From positions 90,706,001 through 90,770,000 of the forward strand of contig OZ320314.1 in NCBI GenBank assembly GCA_976226885.1: 64,000 bases of DNA, in the 5' to 3' direction. Below the pieces are notes generated by a model. It searched no databases. It saw nothing but the letters and a program-made list of their open reading frames with translations, and was not told the DNA's origin. Positions within the stretch are counted from its first letter, which is position 1, and each line of letters starts with the position of its first letter. The translations under genes were made by a program, and so were the position numbers. This DNA comes from Iphione sp. A-MEVVRFRX5. Taxonomy: Eukaryota. Below are positions 1 to 13,888 of the stretch, one piece after another.

Positions 1-3000
1 ACCCTCCAAAAATATGCTCACTTAATAGCCATCTCTCTAAGAAAAGAAACATCTCAGAAACTTGATTTTAAGTTTAAAGTGTTCTTTTTTAGTATGGAAA
101 TGTGTGTGCCAAAATATGTGTCTCTCTGAGATAATAAATAAATTACAAGCTTTGGAATTATACATGTTTACTGTAGAGGCAAGCAGGAAGTAGCCTTTTT
201 TACACAACACCTGATGCATTATGGGATCATCTGAAACACTCTACACAGTACAAACAATAGGAAAATGTTTAGGTTTGGAGGTCACCGACCGGAATTATGG
301 GATCACTGGATTGTAGAAGTATCTGAGGAGACATTTCACTGTATATGTGCTCCCTCCTACCTTATCAATAGATTCAATTACACTATTTTGAGGGAAGTGA
401 ATAGAAACGGAAAGACCAAACATTAACATGGAATAAAACTGACCTTACATATTGCTCTCGGTGAAAGGCATTCCTGCGCGCTCTTTCCTACATAATGCAC
501 TTCGATCGCTTACAGCGGCTGTAATTCTATCTAAAAAGATGTTTAAGCGACATCTTAGCAAAAATTCAAAATGACAGCTGAGGGTAGGGGAGTTCGTGGA
601 GAGAAAATAGCAGAGCCTCCGACGGCAAATCCGTCAAAAACTACGACGCCACCGATCGGAGACCAGGCAAACTCCAAGCGACACGCACTGCCCCCCCCCC
701 ACCCCCTCTATCAGCGATGAATGTCTGACCATCAACAGCCGGAAGTCAACGGTTGTATTCAAAGCACGCGGTGTCTGTAAACGCATCGAACTCCATGCGT
801 GTCCCTTTCGCTTGCTGGCGGCGCGTCTGTGCACTGAATAGTGCGGATCGGGTGGAAGGAGGCGAGAGACCAGCAGGTTTCGGGGCGCCGAAGTTGATGC
901 CTCTTCCATATGGTCGACTCCCACTTTCTCTTTGCTGTCTATCTTTGCCTTGTACTGTGCGTTACATCGCCCGGGGCCAGATGATATGTAGGCACGCCGC
1001 TGTGAACATACAGGCGATGCCAACTGAAAATGACGAATGTTCTCGTTGACACTGCTTGTGTATCGGGACGGCAAGTAACTGCTGCCTGTGGTAAAACTGT
1101 ACTGTACAATGAACACATATCTAGAATACAGTCTCAAGAATAGAAAAAAGAGGATTTTGTAATACAAAAAACATTCAAAGAGAAACTAATTTATAAAGCA
1201 ATGTATTGTCTATAGTTTCGCCATTATATTTTAAGGGCAGTGTTGACCTTTGGATTGTATTTTATATTATTGAAAGAAAGCAGATAGAACAATATACTCA
1301 TGAAAATAACAGAAAATATATCATAAAAGAGACTTCTCTATATAGGTATGCTCCATCTAGATACAGCGTGAGAATGGCTTACGCTGGGGGTGGACCTATC
1401 CATTTAACTAAAGGTTTTAGCTATCCGCATTCTGGTATGATTTCTAGCGTACCAGAGTGTAATATTACCACAAACTGATATCCTACATCTTCAGGGCATA
1501 TTGCTTGTAAAATCAAATCAATATTGAGGAGACCGTAATTAATTCGAAATTTAGTGATCACGAGTGAGTGAAGATTACTTTGTCAATTCAATAACGACAT
1601 TGTTCAAGGCCATCAATTTTAGGCGTCCAATGAAGAAACGGTCAGAAGCAGAACAAATGACAGGGAAAAAGAAACAGAACAAATTAAAAAGGAACATTAA
1701 CACAAAAAACATGGAAATGCCATGAAAATGGAGTTTGGAATGTTTTAGACATGTGTAAAGGGAGGAAGATATGAAAAAAATAGGAAATCCAGCATTTTGG
1801 TCCTGAGAAAGGAACTAAACAAACAGTTGAATGCATTTATGACAAAGAAAGGTGTATGAGTAATTTATTTTTCTCCCACTTTCAGTTTGAGCGGAGTCAC
1901 CGTATCGAGAGGCTTATTGCCTCCCTTTGAACCCATCTCTTCTTCAGAAAACCGCCTATATATAACTGTTATCCAATCCCTCTATGCAAGTCATTGTAAA
2001 GGTGAGCCTCCCCTGTACGTTTGTAGATAGGCACACAGTCATGGTTAGCCAACCCCCCCTTCCACCCCCACCCCCTCCCCCCTTTTAAGTTGGACTCCAT
2101 CCGAGCGGAAACGTTAAGCCTTGACCGACCACTCATCTGTCCCCGTGCCAGCACATTCGTGCTCGGGACAGATCTTTTCGTGCACCTATAATCTCCTGAC
2201 CACAATGTCCTGACCATTCAGGTCACATCACTGACAGACTAATGCCTAGAGATCAGGCTGGACTGTGCTGGAATGGGATTTACTCGGGGTATGTGTGGAT
2301 AGTGTGTGTGTGAGTGTTTGTGAAGATAGGTGGGTTTGCTTGGCATGCATTGGGTTGGTGGATGGGGCAGGTGGGTTAGTTATTGGAGAGCAGGGCGACC
2401 CAGAGTGCTTGCATAGCATGCCTATGGTGGGCGCTTTCCGTTCTCTTTTCTGTGCGTTGGTACTCAGTCTGCAGTGGCTGGCATCTAATGGCGCCCGCCG
2501 GCCACCAGCGAAGTCAATCACCGTCGGACGACTAAGCATACGCGTGTTTCCCATACCACCGATGTCCCCGCCATTTTGGGCGATTATTACTTCGCAAAGT
2601 AAACGGTCGGGTCTGGCACAGTTCTTTTCAGTGTGGCTCTATTATCCTGCCAGTAGAGCTATTGGGAGACGGTCGGAGAGCCCGGGAGTTTCCCCGTTGA
2701 TAAAGAAGTTCTGTGCATAGTAAGGTGAAAGAGATCGCCGGAGCAATCCATTTGGTCTTGTGTATTCTTGATTACGTGAAATACTTCTCAAGTGTACCAG
2801 TTGGTAAGTTAAGTAAGTCCGCGGTCAAAGCTGCTCTTCCTCTACGAGATATCATGATCTTTATGATGATTCTAGAATTGTCTTTCTTTTTCGTTCAGAT
2901 GTATCAAAGCATTTAGACCTTCCATCTCGTGTTAGGTAATTCACCTTTATTCAATTGTAAAATTCTACCTGGTATACAAACAATCGTCAATCTGCATAGC

Positions 3001-5934
3001 CTTGTCAATAAGTGTTAAGGCTTGTCCTCACAAAATATTATGAAATATTCCACATTCTAAAAATACGTTTTAAACATAGTCTGTCTAACACATTTCATAC
3101 ATATTAATGTGTTTATAAATAAATGATTGTTTGAATGGACTAACATCTTACAGACATCCAAACACTTCAATGCATTCTAAAATAATGGATTAGTTATGGT
3201 TTTGATGTCTAGTAGTGTCAGTTCACACTGATGCTACACTAAGCATCAGCAAAAAAGAATTCTCTTGTTGGTTTTTGTATATATATAAAGGAAGGAAGGT
3301 CCAAACAGCAATGAGGTTCCAGTCAAAAGCATGAATTTATTTCGAGTTGCCTGTCTTGCTGTCTCAGACGGAGCAGAAGACAATATAACACAACTGTGAC
3401 AGAGAAGCCGGAACACCCTTTCGTCTCAGAACAGCTTTGCATGATTGTCAACATGCAATCTTCGTATTATATGTTAATAGTTCGCACTTTTATAGAGAGC
3501 AAGTAGTGATACACATAAAGGTCAAAGTTGTGAATAAATATACAGCCAATAGGAATAAAATTTTACTCATTAATTCATAAAAACAATATTTCTTGTCAAA
3601 ATGGGGTAATTGTTTTGACTGCTATGTCAATTGCAGATATTCGAGCTTAATTGATATGGGTTATCAGTGGGGTATGTCATTACTAAACACAACATTGTAC
3701 TATAGTGACCTTTTCACTTTCAACCACGAGCAATCTATAGGATTGTGTATTGTTTCAAATTAATTTATACTTATATTATAGAGATTTCTTTGTCCCTGAC
3801 GAATTATACCTATCCATATTGATGTCTTTTACAAATCTTCCTCGGCAAATCATAATGATCGAGTAGAAATTATGATTGAGCACTGTCTCTTTGCCACCGT
3901 CCCGTCATCGTTCTCTAGCTTCAGTTTTAATTATGGTGATTTAATGCGTTTCGATGATGAACGGGCAGTTTTAGTTAGCATCAATTCGCTTTGATTTCGC
4001 AGCACCTCATCTTCAGCCTTCCGCAACGTTTGCGCAGAAATGAGAAACATTCTTTCTCCTGTGCAATCGATTTCCTATTGAAATTCCATGAAGATGGTTT
4101 AAGGATAATGAGAATGACGCAGGCGACCTACATTTGCATATTCTCATAAAAAGGAGCCTGTCTAATAGGCCTTTCAGGACTCAAGACCTATCAAACCAGA
4201 GTGCCATCATGGAGGCTAACAGGTCCGGGGGACTATCTAAAAGAGTTGACGTTAGAGAGCTCGAGACGTCTGATGTGCCACAACGGTCATAAATTCTGCA
4301 ATATTGTGCACGGTATTGGCATTTCCCTGGCTGTTCGAGCTGTTTATGAAACTGCTTATGTCATTAGTGAAACGCCATCCGACAGACGATGGAGGATTTA
4401 TTATTATTTGATGTTTGCTCACAAAGGCAGCTCAGAATACTGGCCCATCATGCAATGGTGGCTACAGTCTAAACTCGCACTTCTTACTCTGTAACTGGAT
4501 TACTCCGGAAACTTCCGGAAAGTTCATGATAACAGTCTCAGAATTATTACAGAATCAATAAAGAACCATCGAAACAAGTATCTATTCCGATACTCTGTTA
4601 GGGAAAACAGCATTTTCAATTTTGTTTATAGTATGGTATAGAATATAAGAGTATATCTACCAAAGTATTTCTGGCGAAGCCAATTAGATCGAGAAAAACT
4701 AAGTATCTGCATCAAATATGGAAAATATATGACAGGCCCTTTTTGCTGGGGTACCGTAATATATTGTCGGAGAGATATGGATTGCTTCAAAGCTAGTTAT
4801 ATATTCTCCTTTCTTTACCCATTCTTTCCTGCATTTCATGCCTTTCTATCTCTTCATGCTATCACTCTTCCCATCTCGTAATATCTCCCCGTTCGTCTAT
4901 TGATGTCTTTGCAAGTCGCATTTTACCTAACATACCGGAGGATCTGCCTGTCTCATTCCGGCTTCCATCGCCGGCCCAGATCATTTCCACATCTCTAGTT
5001 AGACTCCCACGGGAATTGCCTAACTTCATTATATAAGATACCCACGTTGGTTGCAGTCACGGAACCCATAGGATGTAAATCAAGCGAACTAGTAGTCATT
5101 CCTGTTTGCCAGACTCCCTCATACAAGCCTCTCAAAGCCATTTACCGCCACTGCTCCGCTTACAACCTCCCACAATGATGCCCATTTCTTGAGGTCTTTG
5201 CGTGGAGAATGTCAGATTCGGCGGACAAGCAGACAGGCTGCTTGATTTTCCGCCTGACTTGGCTCTTTGGTGGCCTCTCTACCACTGTGTCTACCAATGT
5301 TACGGCCTCGTGGTAAAAGACATCGCTCTCTTTATCCATTGCACTAAGCGGGTAGAAAACTAACTGCACAGGAGCATTTCCTTCATCATGACCACCCCAA
5401 ACCCCTTACACGATATGACCGGAAAAGACGCTGATGAATTGTTGTGGCAAGTCAGGAGAACAGTGTTCTTCCCCGTTTCCGACGACAGGTAGCCTTTTTC
5501 ATGTAGTATTTCAAAGGACGTTCATGTCCGTCTCCAAACGCAGAAAGGTTGATTCCCCTTGGGATCTGTTTACTCTCTCATCTATGGTTGTTGTCCGGTA
5601 TTGGCCTTGTCACAACCCTGCGCCTCCCTAGAAATTCACTCGATCAAGAAAACGTGAATTACGACAATTACTTCCCTTTAGATTGTCGGTACTTTCGACA
5701 AAATAAATGCGCCAAAGTGATGTGAGTAAGTAAACCACATCAGCTATCGGTGTTATTTACAACCAAGCATTGTCTATCCTTAAATAAGGCATTGTTTCAA
5801 TGAAGAAGACAAAAGTAATAGAGGGACAATATATAGCAGATTACGTTGAACAAACCCTGCCGTAGGCACAACAGGCACTTCATTTGTCTCAATCCAAGGT
5901 TCTGGCAGGTCTTTCTTTGGAAGAGGGAAGTCGT

Positions 5935-6091
5935 CTGATTGGTTCACCACTATCCTGATGAATCGCCGGACAAATGCGTAGTATCTTGTGACCGGCGTTC
6001 CATCTTCGCACTTCCGGTCCATTCGAGACGCCACCGGAGCTGACGCCAGAGTCGGTGCGCCTGGGCAGCGCTCGCCGCACGTGACTCAGCA
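5935..6091. promoter_or_regulatory. CpG-rich promoter-like motif cluster (NF-Y, YY1-like, ETS, E-box/ARE)
   Basis: CTGATTGGTT 5935-5944, CCATCTT 6000-6006, ACTTCCGGT 6010-6018, CACGTG 6078-6083 overlapping TGACTCAGCA 6082-6091. Confidence 0.4.
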
Positions 6092-9000
6092 CATTTGTCT
6101 TCCATACTGCTCAGTTAGCTGCTGTGAGTGCTTTGTCATGGCTATCACAAGGCGGATGGCACATCCGAGAAATTTAAATATTGGTGTTGCAGACAAACTA
6201 GCAGATGGAGACATAGTAGACATACAAAGTATAAAGTACCTAAAGATGTAGAGATCAGAACCGAAATATAAAACATCTTTTTGTGGAGATAACTACAGTG
6301 TGTCTGAGAGAGAGAGAACCCTTTCAATAGTGCCACCTTCCTCTGCATTAAAGATGACAAACAGCCTCGCTTTCCATGCCGTCCTTCTCTAGATAACAAA
6401 GACTCAATTTGTCGACCTCTACTGCAAAATGCATTGCAGAGGTTCTCTCTTCCTTCATGATTCAGCCCACAGCGCTGTGAAATAGTGAAGGAGGAGCGTC
6501 GGCCTCATCTTCTTATGTGTTTTGACCACATCATATCGACGCAAATCCATTTTGACGTATTTATCAAGGTACCGTTTTATGGCCTGCTGTACTAGCAGTC
6601 TGCTAGCTTCATTGCCTCGTATCTTCTCCTCACCAGGCAGTCTTCCTACTTGAATGTACATATGCCTTTCCATACTTTTTCAGTGGGGAGGTTTTTTTCT
6701 TCATTTCTGCTTCCCCTTTCAGTCGATTATCTCCCAAGCAGGTGGGCCATACCATCCTGCCAAGCCAGGCGCTTTCTATCTTAGGGTCAATGGAAATACA
6801 GGCCTTACTGCACTGATAGGAGACGCGCGAGAGGCAGGACTTAAAACCTAAAAAGTCTATGGCCCCTTATCATCTGAAGGCATATACAATTCTGCTCAGT
6901 TCGCAAACACTTTCTATAGAATCTGTTCATCCAGCCACTTGATTTTCCACAATACTGGAGAGCTCCTCTTTACGTTCGTTTACAAATGGAGGGCTACGTT
7001 CTTCTATATCCACGGTGCAGCCGCAATTGTGAAAAACACTACAGTATACGACCCCTACTTCTAGGACAAGCTGCAATCGAAGGCTGTGACATCTCGGTCC
7101 CATTTGTCTGTTTTATATTCCGTTCCGCCCACACTTTGGAGAGGTCTTGCGTTGAAGCTTTCAATGTACAACGGTGGGCTATTCCATCTAGCACCAGGAG
7201 GGCTCTGTTAATTGTAGTGCGTGAATAGCCTATTCAATTTTTTCTATTTGGGGGGGGGGGGTGTTACTCTCGCCTCGCTGTAATACAAAGCCCCCCCCCC
7301 CCCCTGTTGCTACAAGCTGTCCATTCTAAACAGGTCCTTATTTGTGGAAGGGAACTGGCAGGAATTTAATGGGAGTTTGCGGCTGCACTGATAGGCCGCC
7401 GACGTTTGATAAAGCATTCTTGCTACAACCATAGTGTATCGGACTTCCAAGAGACAGATTTCTGGAATTCTACATTATTCTGAATGTGATATTGTTCTGC
7501 AAAATGTGAATATACAAATTACAATGTACCGATTGCGTGAAGTTAGGAATGTGTGATTGACCAAACAAAGGAACAGGCATGAGAAAACAGGAATTGGCTA
7601 ATCAAATTCATGGCACATATCGTCTTGAATAGCAGTATATATTGTTTGAGAACACTTTAAGAACTCAACAATCTGTCTCTAAATTCACAGGACTGTAACA
7701 TTGGATTTCGCGTAGATTTTCTGAGCAACATCGACAAAAATGTGATTTAAAACATATAGTATATGGGTGTTAACTTCAGAACGAAAAATGATATATAAGT
7801 GTTTGTAGGATGATGTTCCTCGATCTCGGTCAGTTTGCAGCATGAAATCTTTGAGACATGACTTGTTTAAATCTATTCCCTATTTATTTTCATTAATAAC
7901 TAAGACTTCAGAGAGCAAATTCTTCCTCGAAGCTATGTTAGATGTGCAAACCAAACCAAGCCCTAGTCTGAGTGCATTTGCATATATCGTGCATATGGAT
8001 ATTTGTTCACAATAGCAATCCTTCTTTCGATTTTGAAATTATGACTTACTATAGAAATAAGAGCTAAATAATACCTTCATTGATTTTCTTGACAGTGTCT
8101 CCCTTTAGGCTGGTAATATGAGGAAATCGATTGATATTAAAGTTTGGACAAATTGGTTTTGTCAGCTGGGATGTCGACAGTCTTCTAATTATGGGATGCG
8201 CTCGCTTCGCTATAATAGGAAGCTTCACCAGGATGCTACAAGCTTTCTATACTAAACAGGCCTGCTTGCTCATGGGACCCGCCTGGAATTTGATGGGAGC
8301 TTGTGGCTTGAGCGATAGGCACATGGCGGATGATAGGGCACGTGAAAAACAGAGAACGTTGTGTCAGAAAAACAGATAGGGAAGAGGGATAACAAGTCGC
8401 AGAGGATGAGAAAGCTAGAGAGATGAAGAGGGAGGAGGAGGCGAGAGTGAAAATACCGAACGAGACGTGGTGAAAGGGTGTTAAACGAGAGGCTGGAGGG
8501 CGATCGTGGGTTAGGTGATGTTGGAAGGATGTTCCCAATGAAGCATTGGAAGTTTACGAAGGAAAGAACAAGGCGTAGAGTATGATTATGTAGATAGGAA
8601 ACCCAACGTCTTCGAAGGATATTGAAATAAAACGTATTGAGGAATCGAAGAAAGACCCAGAGGCAATATGAGCAATCTTCTACTTATATTAACCGTAGTG
8701 TGTCGAATATTTTTACTTTGCTCATATTAAAAAACAACTATTACAGTTATGGCCCCTACACAAGACATAAAGATGGGAAACTTACAATGGCGACACATTT
8801 CCCATTGGGAATGCCTTAAATATGGACAGTTTGTGAAAGAACCAAAAGTGTACACAGGGGTAGTAAGGCTTGATGTCATTTCACCAACAATTCAGACCGT
8901 CCATAACGCTTGCAAATAAGTTGATAACTTGTCACCGAGAATTGAAAAAATATTGTAGCGTATCACCAGTAATAGCGATTTGATATTTAGCTTTCAATTC

Positions 9001-10110
9001 AGACGACAAAAAAAGTTTCGTATAGAAAGAAAATGTCCGATAACGTTTCACTAAAATAGTTTTCCTCCCTTGCGTGTACCTATAATGGAGAGTGTGGGAG
9101 AGAATATAAACAGTGAGAACGACATCGTAGCAAGACGTAGCAAGACGCATATAGACAGAATGAAGAAAATTAAGAGATAGAGACACGACGTATCCAGGTT
9201 TTGCATGACTTCTGGATCCCCTCCCAGCGCTAGTAGTCGTGTGGCCTGACAAACTGCTCTCCATTGAGTTGCTCTAACAGTGATTGATAGGGGAGGTTAT
9301 TTTATATCTCCCTAGCCACCTCAGTTTATTGTATTTGACCCGTGTTAGTAGTTAAGCCTAAGACTGTTCCTGCTTCACGCCAAGCGTGTTGTATCCCCTC
9401 CTACACCACCTTTATTGCATACGTAATCAAACTGTTGAACGTTATGGGCGTCTGGACTGGCACCTGAACAGTGTATCACGCTGTAAACTGCTTTGCTCCT
9501 GTGAGTTTTGATGTGTGTTGAGCGACTCTGCCTACATCAAAGATTCACCATTGCTTGCGTGTACATTTATCAGCTCTGTGTTATCTGCAGACAGGTGTGG
9601 TGGTTTTATATAAGGTGTCAAGGGTTGCTGTAATTGAAATTAACAAACCGAAGCTATTTAGGAGTCTGGGAATACATGTGAATACAACGCTTGCTTACTC
9701 GAACCTTCATATTTCTGAAAGTAACGTACTACTTCAAAAATGGAAGTTCTTTGATACCTGCTTGACCTGGTGACATAGCACAACCACTGGTTTTTTTTTA
9801 TGTCTGATCGACTTTGCGGTATAGTCGAGTGGTAAATCTATCTTGCACGATGGCCTCCAAATGTCTATAGCTGAGGTGCGGTAAAAAAGCTACATGTACT
9901 TCTATATACTGACATTCATAATCTATTTTTCGAAGTAAAACGCATACTCTACATCAATTGATCTTCTTTACTGAAACAAGTAATGAAAATATTAAGTTGC
10001 ACAGAGGACACAGGGCCTGTACACGAAACGCCTGAAAAAAATAAAGAACTAAGGCCTTGGTCCATCGCCTGCAAAGTAAATAAATGTCAAAAATCGACTA
10101 TTTTGATAAG

Positions 10111-10371
10111 TCATCTGTTTCGGAACAGAAAAATAATCCTGCGCGAGTTTATCGCCTGGAGACCTAACTGTATGTCTTCATCAATCAGAGAGCACTGCCG
10201 TGTTACAATAGACCTAATATGTGCCAAAATACATCTAAAATCTAAAGAACAAACCAAATATATACAGTCAAGTAACTGGTTTGAGGAAAAGATCATATTC
10301 GTTTGCAATGGAATAATATTCCCTTTCAAAAGAACATGCTGTTCAACTGAAGATGTGAATATCCAAGACAT
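10111..10371 (-). mobile_element. Possible decayed LINE RT C-terminal fragment
   Basis: LKGNIIPLQT..IYLVCSLD..LAHIRSIV resembles LNG..I..V...KYLG..LD..L...HI..IV. Confidence 0.4.
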
Positions 10372-13300
10372 TTGAAATAATCTTCAAATATCTCTACAAT
10401 AGAGCAAACATGCGAGTAGAAGGAGTGAAAATGACTTGTATAGATTTCTCCTTTGTAGTCCGCCTTTGTGTGAGGCCCCATAGAGTAGTTGACAGGATAA
10501 GTGAGACAGATACAGGTAAATCCTACTCACTGTTTCCTCCTTTGTAATCATCCATCTCCATGATAAGGAGTCGTGATCCAGATTAACTCTAATCCACCTC
10601 TAATCCACGAAGTGACTAAGACGATACGTACCTGCAAGTTAAGTAACATCAAAGAAAATTAAAAACTAACTGAAAACAAGTTCTGTTTTGTGTAGGACTA
10701 TTGTTAGTATCCTCCGACATACATTAAGTGCCACTTACTTCCCAATCATAGGCATAATATGCACACATACCTTACCACGAAATATATACACGTGTATAAT
10801 ATCAAATATCAAGACATTGAAAAAGCATCCGACCATTACAACAACACCAGAAAACCATTGCTCAAGGCAGCAAGCATTTTTGTCGTTCATCTAGTGGCTA
10901 TTCTCCAATATATAATATTTGAATAAAAACACCTTCTTCCAGTTGGAGGTACGTCTCAGGTTAAGTATGACAGCACGATCTTTCGTACCTATTTTTTGAA
11001 CTGGGATTTTTCCGTTAAAAAAAGCGATGGCTGGTTGTTCGATGGTCCTTTGGGGGGGGGGGCTTAGTTACACTTCGGAAGAGGCGGTTAGTTGCATTTA
11101 TCTTTCTAAGGACAAGGCAGTTGGAGAGTTCCTTACTACACACTACAGTAATACCGCGAGCTCTTGAATAAATATACTAGTCGTTTTCCCGTCCCCTTTC
11201 TCGATGATCAATGGCTTACAGTTTCAGAACACATCGTTCATGAAGTCAATACATGTAATTGCAACTCTTTGCATCATCACTCTCAGCCTCGCTAAAATAA
11301 TGAATAGAGATGTTACCCGCCAAGTTTAGTTTTTAACTACGGTAAACAGCACTCGCTTCGTCTGTCCTCAAAAATAAAACCTAACAATTGTGAATCTTCT
11401 CGTGACTGATTTTTAAGAAGGAAATTTCCCTTTACGTAAACATGACGTTTTCATGAATGGTTTACCTTACTAGACTGGATAAGATGATCTCTGCAATATT
11501 AGTTCATTTGCATTCAGTATATGTATACTCAGCTTGCTAGGCAGGACAGTTGAGCAGGAGCACATGTACATGTACATGTACTCCTGTTACCGTTGGTGGT
11601 TAGATGACAAGGGTAACATCAGCTAGCATGAGCTGTGCCCTAGGATTGCTCAACCACAAATACAACAAGTAGGAGAGGAGTACAAGGAAATACTTCAAAA
11701 TAAAATTCTTTGAATCGGACACACAAAGATCGCATGTTAAGACGTGAAAGATTCCCGACTATGATTAATATAATTATAATTAAAGTAACTTTGTCACTTA
11801 TTGCACTAATTTTGGAAAAAGGAACGTTACGCAGTGAGGCAATTTTGAGTTACTATTATTCGATTTACCAGTTACAAACGGAGAACTTCATCAGGAGACC
11901 TCTCTATTACAAACTTAATAAATCAAAGGCAATGTATCTCTTCCACCAAAGCGCTTTGGAGAAAGACAAACACAAATATTCATTCTAGCCTCGCCTTCAC
12001 CATTGGATACAAATAACTAGATAAGAAACATATGGGACAAATATTGGGAACTCTCCATTTGTCGACCATATCTATCTCGTGTGCTTTATTTCCACAGGGA
12101 GTGGAGGCCGGTGGTAGTCTCCCACGCACACACAGATAAGGCACCGTAAATTCCAAACAAGCTTCAGGCAGCAAGGTATGAGCACTACAAGTCAGAAGTG
12201 TGACAAGTAGATAAATCGTGCCCGATTATAGGATACCAATGCAACCTTCATCAACACACGATGGAAGATATTAAAGGCTTTATGGTACCATAATCAGAGA
12301 TAGACACTTTGAACGATTTCATTCCAACCCTATGATAGCCAGCAGCAGCGGCGCCCTTCTTCAAGCAACGACCGCCGCCATCGTCTGTGGCCACTACTAA
12401 CCACGGATACCTCCACCAGTATAAACATGAGGTATTGGTGTAAGTATCGAGATGAAAATGGGTTAGAAGGAAAACATGGAGAGCGGGGGGGGAGGAGGGA
12501 GATAACAGGAGTTGCAAAGAATGAAATAAGCCTTAAAAATGAGAATGAGTCATCCAGTAAATGATTTAACTGGTAAACAGCGTACTCGTTGATGGCCGGC
12601 TCCTCGGTAAGGAACTCATGCATTCATAGCCCGGCCATCCCCTTCACTACCACAGTCATCCACACCTTCTCCGCAAATATTACTGAAATCATCATCCACA
12701 GCACCCGACCAACGCAAATAAATGGAACCAAATGCTTGACATCTCCAGCATACACAACCTCTACCAAGACGACAGTCTCGAAAATACCACTAAATCTTCT
12801 AGGAATATCACTAGCACTACCACCACCTTCCTCAGCAGGAAGATTTCCGCCACCGCCTGTTCGTCCACTTTCTTCTAAACCAAAAGCCACCACTACAGCA
12901 ATTAATATCAACACCAAGCGAGGCAGCTGCGCTTCCACGACAACTACCACAACCACTGGCATAAAATTGCCCCCAGCCCCATCAAACATCACTGGATGGA
13001 CTTGTATTGGAAATTGACACGAACAAGGCCGGAAGGCAGACCTGGGAAAAAATAAACACTTCAAAGCACACACCAAGCCTGCTTCACAAGAAAGCTAGGA
13101 AAAGTGTAAATACCAATGGACATAATTCACACAACTATGAATAAAACCGTTCCCTTCTCCTGCTCAAATCAATCTGTTTTCACCTTTTTCGTCAGGGTTG
13201 CTTGCCGTGCAGTGTGGTCGAGGGAACGTGGCCTGAAGCCAACAACTCAATGTTTCAGTCTGATAGTTCTCATGATGTATTTGCAGATATAGCATGCTTT

Positions 13301-13888
13301 TAGTGAATTTTTACTAGCAAATTTCTGTCTGTCTGTTCTGTTTCTGTCTTGGTTTACATATTCTGTGTCTCCACCTCACCTTTGGATCTACAGATACCTC
13401 ATGAAGCAGAATACCACTTTTGGCATGTAACTATAATCCATAAAATGTCACTAAATCACCTATATATAGTTCGGAATAAAACAGCAATGGTCATTCAATT
13501 CAATGTACATAGTCTGTAATTTTAGCAGACGTGCTTTGGTGGATACTTTGTTACGAGAAAATATGACACGCCCAAAATCTGAATGTGGTCAACAAACACT
13601 AGGCGACTTAGGAGATATTAACTGACATGAAAACATTTAAACAGACCCTAAACAAACAAAAACCTAACCTCAGCATGCAGGTATCTTACTACACGTATCT
13701 CCTTGGTTACTCTATTAACATACTTAAGCGTTCTTGTTTTCCTTTCAAATGGCAATATTATTTAATACCTGTTAACCTTTACCTAATCCTCTCTGTTTTC
13801 CTAATGCTATCTCTGTCTGTCCGTCTGTCGGCATTCTTTTTCAATGTTGTCCTTAACTTTACATCCTCCTTCCCCGCCGCCCCTTTTG

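Noticed and set aside
5780-6034. YYAFVRRFIR..PKKDLP.PW resembling Ty3/Gypsy RT connection sequence
   Set aside because: Isolated weak match with no flanking RT or RNase H motifs. The region is better explained as a promoter-like island.
6455-6673. ASRLLVQQAIKRY as an IS5/ISL2EU transposase motif
   Set aside because: The catalytic Glu is absent and no upstream DDE motifs were found.
12709-12750. CWRCQAFGSIYLRW as a degenerate CCHC gag knuckle
   Set aside because: Both the His and the last Cys are missing and the frame is full of stops, so it cannot be distinguished from chance.
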